From the NCBI GenBank assembly GCA_949300615.1, contig CASGEW010000001.1:8375-72374 (forward strand): a DNA stretch of 64,000 bases, written 5' to 3'. The position numbers and the translations under genes are program-made. The notes under the pieces were generated by a model. That model had not been told where the DNA came from and did not search any database. It saw only the letters and a program-made list of their open reading frames with translations. This document shows positions 39,801 to 48,560 of the stretch, piece by piece. Position 1 is the first letter of the stretch; every line of letters starts with the position of its first letter. Source of the DNA: an uncultured Bacteroidales bacterium. Lineage in GTDB: Bacteria; Bacteroidota; Bacteroidia; Bacteroidales; CHK158-818.

Positions 39801-40091
39801 AAACATCCGTACCGGGCCGATCGGTGTCTCCTGCGGCGTCAATCCAATCTGGCCAATAAAGGCCCGATTGATCCCAGCGGCTTTCATCGATTGCAAATCT
39901 TTGACTACCCCCTCTTTCGATATATTGCCGGAAATCCAATACCAATATACGCTGGTCTGTACGGTATCGGGCGGTGCGATGAAACCGCTTTGCAGCTGTT
40001 TCCCCGGCTCGGCACACGAAAGAAAAAAGAGCGAACAGGCGACTACTGCCGAAATATTTTTTATCATTTTTTTCATCGTCTTTTCATGCAT
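36849..40091 (-). CDS. GH106 family alpha-L-rhamnosidase-like lipoprotein
   Basis: SVYWYWISGNISKEG..KDL, GWSQAGGPWV, GLEVDKW, SDSYE, AESF and WVNRLIGD motifs. Lipobox FLS-C. Start may be a few codons downstream. Confidence 0.85.
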   Translation of the reverse strand: MHEKTMKKMIKNISAVVACSLFFLSCAEPGKQLQSGFIAPPDTVQTSVYWYWISGNISKEGVVKDLQSMKAAGINRAFIGQIGLTPQETPIGPVRMFTDEWYDIVHTALKTATELGIDIGMFNCPGWSQAGGPWVKPEQAMRYLATTRTEVQGGQKVSITLPKPEGPFQDVKVLAYPAPAIDVPVLNTQNARILAPSISNASRMIDGNLETSVQFSRPGDAVIDILPHKPFTLRSVRIQTTEAPINNAVDLLVGENGDYRPLKSFVINRTNAGREVGFDPYAPVTITVPPTEGKRFRLVFKNTTAGSGIRELELSAVPLVERYSEKSLAKMHQTPLPYWQDYMWPVQEEPGDASLVVPADRVMDITDKLDGDLLTWEVPEGKWVILRTGMLPTQVMNGPAIEDGIGLEVDKWSREHLAAHYDAYVGELCRRIPVEDREAWKVIVSDSYEKGGQNFGDDFFEDFQQRYGYDPKPFLPVYSGVVVGSQDQSDRFLWDVRRMMADRLAYDHIGALRELAHKDGFTTWLENYGHWGFPGEFLQYGGQSDEVSGEFWSEGDLGNIENRAASSCAHIYGKSKVSAESFTCGGPPFIRYPALMKQRGDRFFTEGINNTLLHVYISQPAEGKKPGLNAWFGNEFNRNNTWFSQLDLFTLYLKRCNFMLQQGLNVADVAYFIGEDAPKMTGVTDPALPLGYQFDYINAEVIMRDMTVKDGMLTLPHGTQYRVLVLPKQETMRPELLSKIKELVAEGAIVLGPAPNRSPSLQNYPEADQQVCRMADELWGEAKSAKGKNSFGKGMVLNGYTMQEVFDMIQCIPDCKVGDKDPVLYGHRTLNGMDIYFLTNQSDQTITFNPEFRVSGKQPEWWQPATGEVRNLPAYVQKKNTTIVPLKLEPLESAFVVFRNAADKSSLSAPEDNFPSPTVLAEVNNNWAVSFDPQMRGETAVTFDVLKDWATVENENIKYYSGTALYTNTFTLNNLPEQETLYVNLNRVGVMAKVKVNGTYVGGLWTAPYRLDITDFVKAGENQLEVEVVNTWVNRLIGDSRLPVDERPTWAPQNPFSPDTPLMPSGLIGPVVIESVAYSK

Positions 40092-40124
40092 TTATCTTAC
40101 CCGTATTAAGGATTATATAAAGGT

Positions 40125-40145
40125 CCTGCCACAGATTGTGACAGG
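40125..40145 (-). terminator. Small hairpin downstream of fucO
   Basis: Minus strand cctgtcaca-atc-tgtggcagg followed by a weak U-rich tract. Confidence 0.35.
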
Positions 40146-40159
40146 TTTCCTCTTTTTAA

Positions 40160-41320
40160 TTAATATGCTTTTTTATACAACCCGACAATATCGGCCACAG
40201 AGGTTTCCCGGGGATTTCCTCCGGTACAAACATCGTTGTAAGCAGCTACTGCCAACGATTGAATATCCTCTTCCTTTACCCCTATTTCATGCAGCTTCTG
40301 CGGTATATCGATGCTGATTGAAAGTCGTTTAACGGCATCAATAGCCGCTTTTACACCCTCTTTTACCGTCATGTTGGCGGTATCTACGCCCATGGCTTTG
40401 GCTATATCCAAATATTTCGGTGCAGCGTCTGATTCGGCATTATACTCCATCACATAGGGCAACAGCAACGCATTGGCTACCCCATGAGGCGTATCGTAGA
40501 ACGCTCCCAGCGGATGGGCCATGGAGTGTACAATACCCAACCCGACGTTTGAGAATCCCATTCCGGCGATGTACTGTGCCAATGCCATCCCTTCGCGGGC
40601 TTCCTGATTCTGGCCGTCATCAACGGCATTTTTCAGATGTTTGGCAATCATCTCGATGGCTTTCAATTCAAACATATTGGTCATTTCCCAGGCCCCTTTG
40701 GTGATATATCCCTCTATGGCATGGGTCAAGGCGTCCATCCCGGTTGCTGCCGTCAGCCCCTTGGGCATCGAATACATCAATTCCGGATCGACAATCGCTA
40801 CCGTCGGAATATCGTTGGGATCGACACAAACCATCTTCTTTCTGGCCTCTTCGTCTATGATGACGTAATTGATGGTAACCTCGGCAGCGGTACCGGCGGT
40901 TGTCGGCAGGGCGAAGGTAGGTACAGCCCGAAAACGTGTATCAACGGCTCCTTCCAAAGATTTAACATCGGCAAATTCAGGATTATTCGCCACAATACCA
41001 ATTCCTTTGGCCGTATCGATAGCCGATCCGCCACCCAAAGCAATGATGAAATCCGCTCCCGATTTTTTAAATGCCTCTACCCCATTCTGCACATTCTTTA
41101 TTGTGGGGTTAGCCTTTACATCGCTATATACATCGAACGGTATGGCAGCTTGATTCAATACCTGCGAGATTTTATCCGCTACACCGAATTTTATCAAATC
41201 CTTGTCTGTTACGAAAAAGGCTTTTCTATACCCACGACGTTTGGCCTCAACGGCAATAACCGAACGGCATCCTGCTCCGAAATAGGAGGTTTCATTCAAT
41301 ACAATTCTGTTCATAATCAA
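40160..41320 (-). CDS. fucO: Lactaldehyde reductase (iron-containing alcohol dehydrogenase)
   Basis: NRIVLNETSYFG, GGGSAID, PTTAGTAAE, DALTHAIE, HSMAH and DVCTGGNPR motifs. Confidence 0.93.
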   Translation of the reverse strand: MIMNRIVLNETSYFGAGCRSVIAVEAKRRGYRKAFFVTDKDLIKFGVADKISQVLNQAAIPFDVYSDVKANPTIKNVQNGVEAFKKSGADFIIALGGGSAIDTAKGIGIVANNPEFADVKSLEGAVDTRFRAVPTFALPTTAGTAAEVTINYVIIDEEARKKMVCVDPNDIPTVAIVDPELMYSMPKGLTAATGMDALTHAIEGYITKGAWEMTNMFELKAIEMIAKHLKNAVDDGQNQEAREGMALAQYIAGMGFSNVGLGIVHSMAHPLGAFYDTPHGVANALLLPYVMEYNAESDAAPKYLDIAKAMGVDTANMTVKEGVKAAIDAVKRLSISIDIPQKLHEIGVKEEDIQSLAVAAYNDVCTGGNPRETSVADIVGLYKKAY

Positions 41321-41335
41321 TTCTATTTTTAGTTG

Positions 41336-43588
41336 TTATTTTTTACATACGATCAGGGTGGATTGTACCGGATCAAGTGTCAATTGTATCCGGGTATAAT
41401 CTTCACCATTCACGTTCAGGTGTTCAAAGTTCTCTATTTTTTCGATCTCTCCGGTATAGGGATTCCAAACCGACGGTTCCATCGTTCCCCGTAACTCTAC
41501 CGGAGTATCGACCCGGTCATCGCTTGAATTGGCAAAGAAATAGATCTCGGTAGCAGCAACCTTGCGATGCAAATAAGAGAGCTCTCCCCGTCCGCTTTCA
41601 AGAATACCCATACGGGGGAAACGGACATCGGCGGAGACGCCCAAACGGTCGAATGCCGAATGTAAACTCTTTTCGTCGATGTGGGCAATGAACAAGGCCC
41701 GCCCACCTTGTGCGTTCTCATTTACCGGAGAATCGGTTACCGCAGCAGGTTCTATACCAAAAATTTCTTTTACCAATGCCTGTACCTCGGCATCCCGCCT
41801 GGGCTCTGACGAAAGATACGGAAGTTGGGTGGTGGCCAAAATCTTGCCTCCCTGATCATAGAAGGTTTTCAATTTTTTCAACGTCTCTACCGACATCACC
41901 TTCCCGCCGGGCATTACAATCACCCGGAAAGGATTTTTCTCCTCGCCCGATGCTACACGACGGAGAATACCTCCGGTTACCTCGTAATCGTCCGTAGCCA
42001 GGAAATCGGGATGGACAAATATAAAATCCCGTCGTATCCGACGGGTAAAAATGTCGCTCAAACGGTAATAGTCGATTTCAGGCGATATGCGATCGCCCAA
42101 CATGGATGAGTGCTCTTTGAAGGGATACCACCCCTGCAAGGCTTTTATCGGATAAATAACGGCCACATCGGTAGCCCGATACCCCTGTTGCAACATATAC
42201 GAACAACGGGCCACGTAATCGTTATAGGGTTTCAGATCGGCAGCAATATCGGGATTATAAGCCGAGATCAGAGGCAATATGGTAACTGAATCGGGATGGT
42301 ACGAATACCACATCCCGTGCGGGATAACCCGGTTCACTCCCCGGGTAAACAACTCCATAATGGCACGATACATGAGCGTTTTATCAAATTTCTCGCGAAA
42401 GTTTCCGTATGCCTCTGCGGCCGTAATGTTGCGTCCGTAATAGTCAGAAACGGAACTGATCAGGTTATAGCCGGGACGGCCGTAGGTATAACCGTGTATC
42501 ATATCCATCAGCGGTTGCTGCATATGGCGGTAAAACTTGAAAATATCGAAATGGGCATCGGGACACGCCTCGTAATTGGCAGGAGGATGACCGGTTAAGT
42601 CCAGCTTGTGTGCGACACACCATTCGGATATTTTGCGGGGAAATCCTTCGCCCAGCAGTTCGGCCCGGGTATTGTGAAAGGCCACACGGGCTGCGGCCGT
42701 TTCGGGCCCGATGTCGTACCACAAAGCCGGATAGTAGGTCTCGGGATCGAAACCGTTGATCTCCTTGAATTTATCATTCAGTTTCGGAGTCCATCCCCAC
42801 GCGTGAAAGACATAACCGACATCGTCGATGAATACACGCTTGATAACATTCCCGAAATAGGAAGAGAGCTGCTCGGCATATTTGTCGTAGGTCAGCCCGA
42901 TAAATTTATCGACCGACTCGGGATCCATGAAATCGACAACTCCGTCGCCATCGTCCACACAGGTAAAGAGCATAACCCGCCAAACACCCGACTCGGGTGT
43001 CCATTCCAACACGTTCTCTTTCAAGGTATCCGTCAGGTCGATCCGCTCCAACGAAACGGTATCCATGGCCACGGCCGCCATCAACGTCCCTCGCGGAAGG
43101 ATCAGGCGGGCGGTTTTTCCGGCCGATACCACCACTTCCTGTTTATCCAGTTTTTTACGCAATGCTTCGGGATAAAGTTCCCGCATCTGCCCCCCGGCTA
43201 TCCCGCTGGGAAAATCTTCATCGTCGTACATAATCACCTCTTTGCCGGCAGCTTTCGATATTTCTACAATATCTTTGTAACGTTCAAAATACTCTTCCGA
43301 CAAAAACTTGGGAGTCGTTCCCGACACGATAACAGAGCTGTTTTGCCAACTCGGACGGGAGGATACCGGCAATACGGCCACGCCTCCGAAACCGGATTCT
43401 CCATAAGCCTTATCTAACTGCCTCTCTATTTCCTGGCGGGTCAGATGACCATTCATATGCCAAAAGGGCATCGGATAATAGGCATTATCCGGGCGTTTGA
43501 ATTCGCCTTTCCGTGGGCCGTTCATGGAGCAGGAGCAGACCGTAAGGAGTACACCCAAGCCAATTAATGTTGCACGATATTTCTTCAC
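41336..43588 (-). CDS. GH106-like glycoside hydrolase lipoprotein (short, divergent)
   Basis: PMPFWHMNG, FLSEEYF, YDDEDFPSG, AAEAYG and GVNRVIPHG motifs. GTG start and lipobox. Confidence 0.6.
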   Translation of the reverse strand: MKKYRATLIGLGVLLTVCSCSMNGPRKGEFKRPDNAYYPMPFWHMNGHLTRQEIERQLDKAYGESGFGGVAVLPVSSRPSWQNSSVIVSGTTPKFLSEEYFERYKDIVEISKAAGKEVIMYDDEDFPSGIAGGQMRELYPEALRKKLDKQEVVVSAGKTARLILPRGTLMAAVAMDTVSLERIDLTDTLKENVLEWTPESGVWRVMLFTCVDDGDGVVDFMDPESVDKFIGLTYDKYAEQLSSYFGNVIKRVFIDDVGYVFHAWGWTPKLNDKFKEINGFDPETYYPALWYDIGPETAAARVAFHNTRAELLGEGFPRKISEWCVAHKLDLTGHPPANYEACPDAHFDIFKFYRHMQQPLMDMIHGYTYGRPGYNLISSVSDYYGRNITAAEAYGNFREKFDKTLMYRAIMELFTRGVNRVIPHGMWYSYHPDSVTILPLISAYNPDIAADLKPYNDYVARCSYMLQQGYRATDVAVIYPIKALQGWYPFKEHSSMLGDRISPEIDYYRLSDIFTRRIRRDFIFVHPDFLATDDYEVTGGILRRVASGEEKNPFRVIVMPGGKVMSVETLKKLKTFYDQGGKILATTQLPYLSSEPRRDAEVQALVKEIFGIEPAAVTDSPVNENAQGGRALFIAHIDEKSLHSAFDRLGVSADVRFPRMGILESGRGELSYLHRKVAATEIYFFANSSDDRVDTPVELRGTMEPSVWNPYTGEIEKIENFEHLNVNGEDYTRIQLTLDPVQSTLIVCKK

Positions 43589-43593
43589 TCTAC

Positions 43594-45849
43594 CTAATTT
43601 TTACCTTTAACTACATACTCTCCGGCAGGGAGAATAACTCGATTTTTCTCCCATTTCCCGGTAAAATTCGATACCGATTCTATTTTCCCCGGCAAGATAA
43701 CTTCGGCTTCTGTCCCTTCTGGAACGGTTACTGTTACAGCTATCTTACGCTTTTCTTGCTGGACATCGGCTTTTATGAGACCATTTACCGACATCAACTG
43801 GGCCGATGCCTGGGTCAGGGTACCCAGTTGCGGTCTTACCTCGAACTTGGCAAAACCGGGAGCGGTGGGACGTATTCCGCAAACGTATTGCGAAAGAAGG
43901 GTCAGAGGCCCTCCACTCCACGCATGGTTGCCGGTACCGCCGCCAAATCCCTGAGGCCCCAGCCCCCAGCCTTCCCACAAAGTGGTATAATAGGGATCAT
44001 CGACCATCGGTTGATAGCGTCTCTTCATCCGATCGAGGGCATATTCGGGATAACCCATCTGGAACAGGGCTTCGAGTACATATTTTTCCATGTAGGGGCT
44101 GGCATGCCACTCTTTTTGCAATACCTGGTAAATCTTGGGATACTTCTCTTTCGAGGCCAGTCCGGCTACCACGGCCATGGCTTGTCCCCGATCGTCGGTT
44201 TTCCCTTGATACGCCGGCGTACGGTAATCGCTCCCCGTCCAGAAACGGGCATCGAAATTCTCGGCTATACGTTGCATCATCTGTTCATTTTCTCGGGCAT
44301 CGGCCTGTTTGTTCAGCATCAAGGCAAACTCGCGTTCTGCCTTTAAAGCCAGATAGTACCACGAGGCGGTCAGCAACTCCAAGTCGATATTTTCTCCCCA
44401 GTCGCCCCACGACCAGTTACCATGCCGCGTTACGGGCATTCCATCTTCATCAACCTGCCAAACTTCATGCAGATAACGGTGCAGACGGTCGTAAACAACC
44501 GGAACAAACTCGTTGTTGGCACTGTAAAAATATTGGGTATAGAATCCGTAATATCCCACCGAGGCCAACATCTGCAACGGGAGCTCACTGCTCCAATTTC
44601 CGGCCGGAACGGGAGCGAATATCGTGCCATCGGGACGCTGCCAATTCATCAACTCGTATATTCCCTTCAACGCCAACTGGTGGCTTTTGGGACAGAGGGC
44701 GTAAAAGGCTTCGCCCAACTCGTTCACCTCGTCGCCCCACCATTGGGCACGTTCGCGGTCGGGACAATCCATGTAGGTGTCGCGCATGGTTACATAGAGC
44801 GTGCGGGCCGATTTCTGCCACAGCCGGTCATAAAACTCATCGTTACAGGAGAACGAGCCGACAAAATCGGTATCGTAGCCGGTTTCCCGATATTTTACCT
44901 CCAACACCTTTACCCCTTCGGGGAGGATATAACGCATCTCATGGCCATTCATCCAACCGAAACTTTCATACTCCTGAACACCGTCGCGGGTAATGTATTC
45001 GGCCCGGACATTTTCAGGTCCTCCTCCCCGGTAATGATCAGTAAACATTTCGATCATCTTCCCGGCCGGGGCTTCCACTTTCAGATAGGGGGTTACGTGG
45101 CAATTATAGGGCAAGGAACAAAACAGGGTATCGCCTTTGGGCGACTTGCGTACCGATACATAATCGCGAAGGCCGGAATCTTTCCACAACGGGATAGGCC
45201 TCTTGATCAACTTGTTGAACGGAGCCGCTTGGGCTGGAACCAACTCGATGGCTCCCCCTAAATTTTTGTCGAACGAACTCCGGTTCCATCCCACTATTTC
45301 CCGACGGGCATCGAAACGGATGTTCGATTCGGGTAACCGGTAATTGGGATGGGGCGCGTCGGTATTCATATACGCTTGGTTAGGGGAGGTTTGCCAGGTA
45401 CGGTCCGAAACAATTTCGATACCTTCGCCCTGGCAATCGAACAACAAAGCCCCCCGACCGCTACTCAGGTGCGAGAAACCATTCTTGCCGAAAAACCATA
45501 ACAGGACGGCAATCGTATTCTCCCCTTTTTTCAAATAAGGTGCAATATTCACCTCGTCGTAATAGGTATCAGCCGGAGATGGGCCCCGTTTCAACGATCC
45601 TTCAAAGACAACCATTTGATCATTGATCCACAACCAATACTTGCTGTCAGCCGCAATTCTGGCCATCAACTTCTTCGGAACCCGGTCAATCGTTACCACT
45701 TTACGGAACGATTGCCACTCGTTGGTGGTACTCTGTGCAAACTCGGACGAAATCCACATTGCTTTCCACTTTTCCTGCGACACAGCAGAGAGGACACTAA
45801 GAAAAGAGAACAGACAAATAAAGAATAACGATATATACCTCATATACAA
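43594..45849 (-). CDS. GH78 alpha-L-rhamnosidase-like protein
   Basis: MDCPDRERAQWWGD, WGDWG, TTLWEGW and NHAWS motifs. Confidence 0.85.
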   Translation of the reverse strand: MYMRYISLFFICLFSFLSVLSAVSQEKWKAMWISSEFAQSTTNEWQSFRKVVTIDRVPKKLMARIAADSKYWLWINDQMVVFEGSLKRGPSPADTYYDEVNIAPYLKKGENTIAVLLWFFGKNGFSHLSSGRGALLFDCQGEGIEIVSDRTWQTSPNQAYMNTDAPHPNYRLPESNIRFDARREIVGWNRSSFDKNLGGAIELVPAQAAPFNKLIKRPIPLWKDSGLRDYVSVRKSPKGDTLFCSLPYNCHVTPYLKVEAPAGKMIEMFTDHYRGGGPENVRAEYITRDGVQEYESFGWMNGHEMRYILPEGVKVLEVKYRETGYDTDFVGSFSCNDEFYDRLWQKSARTLYVTMRDTYMDCPDRERAQWWGDEVNELGEAFYALCPKSHQLALKGIYELMNWQRPDGTIFAPVPAGNWSSELPLQMLASVGYYGFYTQYFYSANNEFVPVVYDRLHRYLHEVWQVDEDGMPVTRHGNWSWGDWGENIDLELLTASWYYLALKAEREFALMLNKQADARENEQMMQRIAENFDARFWTGSDYRTPAYQGKTDDRGQAMAVVAGLASKEKYPKIYQVLQKEWHASPYMEKYVLEALFQMGYPEYALDRMKRRYQPMVDDPYYTTLWEGWGLGPQGFGGGTGNHAWSGGPLTLLSQYVCGIRPTAPGFAKFEVRPQLGTLTQASAQLMSVNGLIKADVQQEKRKIAVTVTVPEGTEAEVILPGKIESVSNFTGKWEKNRVILPAGEYVVKGKN

Positions 45850-45854
45850 ACGCC

Positions 45855-48542
45855 TTATTGAATGATAAACTTATACTCTCCGGAGGTCAATGAATAGATA
45901 TTTTCTCCCTTCTGTTTTTTCCCTTTTACAGGCGCTTCGATGTTCCCTTCGGGTAAATAGAGGGTTGCCGTTACATTGGCCGGTATCTGAACGGAATATT
46001 CCACCGCATCGCCCGACCGTTTCCACTGGGAGACAATTTTTCCGCTTACGGCATTGTATTCGCCCTTGACCCAATCCAAATCTTTGACGAAATGGGGACG
46101 CATGATAACGTTCTTGAACCCGGGATTTTCGGGGTCGAAATCAATTCCCGCCAACGAATTGTACATCCAGGCACTGACACTACCCATAAAGACATGGTTC
46201 AACGAAGCATCGTTAAACTTCGGCGAGAGCAACCAGGTTTCAAACAGCGTGGTTCCGCCCATTTCGGTTACCCAATATCCCCACGAGGGAGCCGTATCCT
46301 TGGCTACCATCTTATAGGCCATCTCTACCTCCCCATATTGGGTCAATACCACCGGTACAACTTTACTGCCGATGACACCAAAATCCAAAAAACAGTCGGT
46401 TGCCTTAACCACCTCTACCAACTTGTCAAATACTTTCTGTTCCGACTCCTCGGGTACAATGCCTAAATACAACGCCAATCCCTGTGCTGTCTGGGTTCCG
46501 TTAGCATAGGTGCCGGTTTCGGGTTGGAAGAATTTTTGATTGATCAGTTTTTTTATCGTATCGGCCTTTTGCTGGTATGGCTGCGGGTCTTTCCCCAAGA
46601 TACGGGCAAACTCGGCCATATTGGCGTAATCGAGGTAATAGTAACAAGACGAGGTATAGTCGTTGGGGGTTTGCGCCTTGTACGGCAACCAGTCACCCAG
46701 GCCGTAATTGAGCAATCCATCCACCTCTTTGGTTTGAAGATAAGCGAGATATTTCTCGAACGTGGGATACAATGTTTCGATAACACGGGCATCGCCATAA
46801 TAGGAATAGATGGCCCGAGGAATGATAAACAGAGCGGCATCCCATACCGGACCAATCCCGTAACCCCAGGTATCAGTGGGAATGATACCCGAAATATCCC
46901 CTTCGGAACGTTGATTGTCGATGAAATCATTCATCCATTTTTCATAAACGGCAATTCCGTCGTAGTTAAGCAGGCCTAAATCGACCGAAATGTGAGCATC
47001 GGCCGTCCATCCGTTCTTTTCACGCTGCGGACAGTCGGTAGGGATACTATGCAGATTGCTTAGATACGAACGGTTGGTGGCTTCCCATATCTTATTGAGC
47101 AGGTTGTTCGAACAACTGAATGTCCCTACCGGATTGACATCGGTGTGGAAGAAAAGTCCGGTGAGACTCTCTTGGGTCAATGTGATGGGTTTGTTGCTTT
47201 CCACCTCTACATATTGGAATCCGTGATAATTGAAACGCGGCTCAAAAATTTCCTCCTCGCCGGTTCCTTTCAAGATAAACTCATCCATCTGGAACACTTC
47301 GGATTTATCTACGGGACGGAAATAGATGTTAATATTTCCCTGTTCCAACCGGCCGTCGGCTTTCAACAGCTCGCCATGTTTCAGGGTGATACGGGTACCC
47401 GCCTCGCCTTTTACCGCCAGACGCGACCCTCCGGCGATGTTTTCACCCAAATCAAACACATACAACTTGTTGCTGAACGCTTTCATCGATTTGGGCTTAA
47501 TCTCGCGTTCTATACGGATAGCCGGCATGGTTTGCGCCTGCACAATAGGAGCCGGCGATTGGGTAAGTTGTGCAGATGCCCAACGGGAATCGTCAAAGCC
47601 GTTTTTGTTCCATCCCGGCTGTTCGGCCGTAGCATCGTAGATATCTCCACTGTACAGGTTGTTAAACGTAACAGCTCCCAAAGAGGTTTTCCAACTCTGA
47701 TCCGAAACGACGACAGATTCTGTACCGTCGGTATAGCGGATACGCAACTCGCAGATCATCCGGGGACGGTTGCGCCAACGGGCCTTTTCAAAATCCCACA
47801 CGGCCACGGACTGAATATTGTACCACCCGTTACCCAATATGGCAGCAACGGTATTTTCTCCTTTCTGCAACTGCGAAGTGATGTCGTACGTTGAATACAA
47901 CACGCGTTTGTCAAATGCCGTATAACCGGGATCGAGCATATTGTCGCCCACTTTCTGCCCGTTCAGGTAAAGCTCGTAATAGCCCACACCGGTTACATAG
48001 GCCCGAGCCGATTGAATATCTTTTTCTGCCGCAAATGTTTTCCGGAAGATCGGAGCGGCCCGGAAATCTTTATCCTTATCGTCCGTTATCCATTGAGCCT
48101 GCCAATCAGCGGTATTCATCTTGGCGGTTTCAAACCACGAAACGGGCGAATCGGCCAAACGATTATTATGATTGTCCCAAACCTGTACATTCCAATAGTA
48201 ACGAGTATGGGAGGCTAACGGATCTCCTGCATAAACGGCCAACGAACGAGGGCTTTTTATTTTATCGGAAGTCCAAACATCGGCTTTCCCTTGTGCCAAC
48301 AGTTCAGGGGTAGTAGCTACCTGAATACGGTATCTCTTCTGTTCAAATGCGGGATCATTCCCCTCAAACTGCCAGGTAAAACGAGGGTATGGATGATCGA
48401 TGCCAAGGGCCTGATCCATATACTCGCAACGTAAACCGGTTACCTGTATGTTTTCATTCACTCCGGAACACGCTCCCCAAACAAAAAGGGAGACAAATAA
48501 GCAACTGATGATTGCTGTCTGCTTGATGAGTTTGTGTGTCAT
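45855..48542 (-). CDS. GH78 alpha-L-rhamnosidase
   Basis: PTDCPQREKNGWTAD, LGDW, TTLFETW and SLNHVFMG motifs. Confidence 0.92.
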   Translation of the reverse strand: MTHKLIKQTAIISCLFVSLFVWGACSGVNENIQVTGLRCEYMDQALGIDHPYPRFTWQFEGNDPAFEQKRYRIQVATTPELLAQGKADVWTSDKIKSPRSLAVYAGDPLASHTRYYWNVQVWDNHNNRLADSPVSWFETAKMNTADWQAQWITDDKDKDFRAAPIFRKTFAAEKDIQSARAYVTGVGYYELYLNGQKVGDNMLDPGYTAFDKRVLYSTYDITSQLQKGENTVAAILGNGWYNIQSVAVWDFEKARWRNRPRMICELRIRYTDGTESVVVSDQSWKTSLGAVTFNNLYSGDIYDATAEQPGWNKNGFDDSRWASAQLTQSPAPIVQAQTMPAIRIEREIKPKSMKAFSNKLYVFDLGENIAGGSRLAVKGEAGTRITLKHGELLKADGRLEQGNINIYFRPVDKSEVFQMDEFILKGTGEEEIFEPRFNYHGFQYVEVESNKPITLTQESLTGLFFHTDVNPVGTFSCSNNLLNKIWEATNRSYLSNLHSIPTDCPQREKNGWTADAHISVDLGLLNYDGIAVYEKWMNDFIDNQRSEGDISGIIPTDTWGYGIGPVWDAALFIIPRAIYSYYGDARVIETLYPTFEKYLAYLQTKEVDGLLNYGLGDWLPYKAQTPNDYTSSCYYYLDYANMAEFARILGKDPQPYQQKADTIKKLINQKFFQPETGTYANGTQTAQGLALYLGIVPEESEQKVFDKLVEVVKATDCFLDFGVIGSKVVPVVLTQYGEVEMAYKMVAKDTAPSWGYWVTEMGGTTLFETWLLSPKFNDASLNHVFMGSVSAWMYNSLAGIDFDPENPGFKNVIMRPHFVKDLDWVKGEYNAVSGKIVSQWKRSGDAVEYSVQIPANVTATLYLPEGNIEAPVKGKKQKGENIYSLTSGEYKFIIQ

Positions 48543-48560
48543 TGTGTATATTTATTAAGG

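Noticed and set aside
43806-44993. Long antisense ORFs (e.g. 395 aa here, also 63021-63965, 30803-31675, 2279-3082)
   Set aside because: They lie opposite well-supported genes, have no recognisable motifs, and are expected shadows of codon bias.
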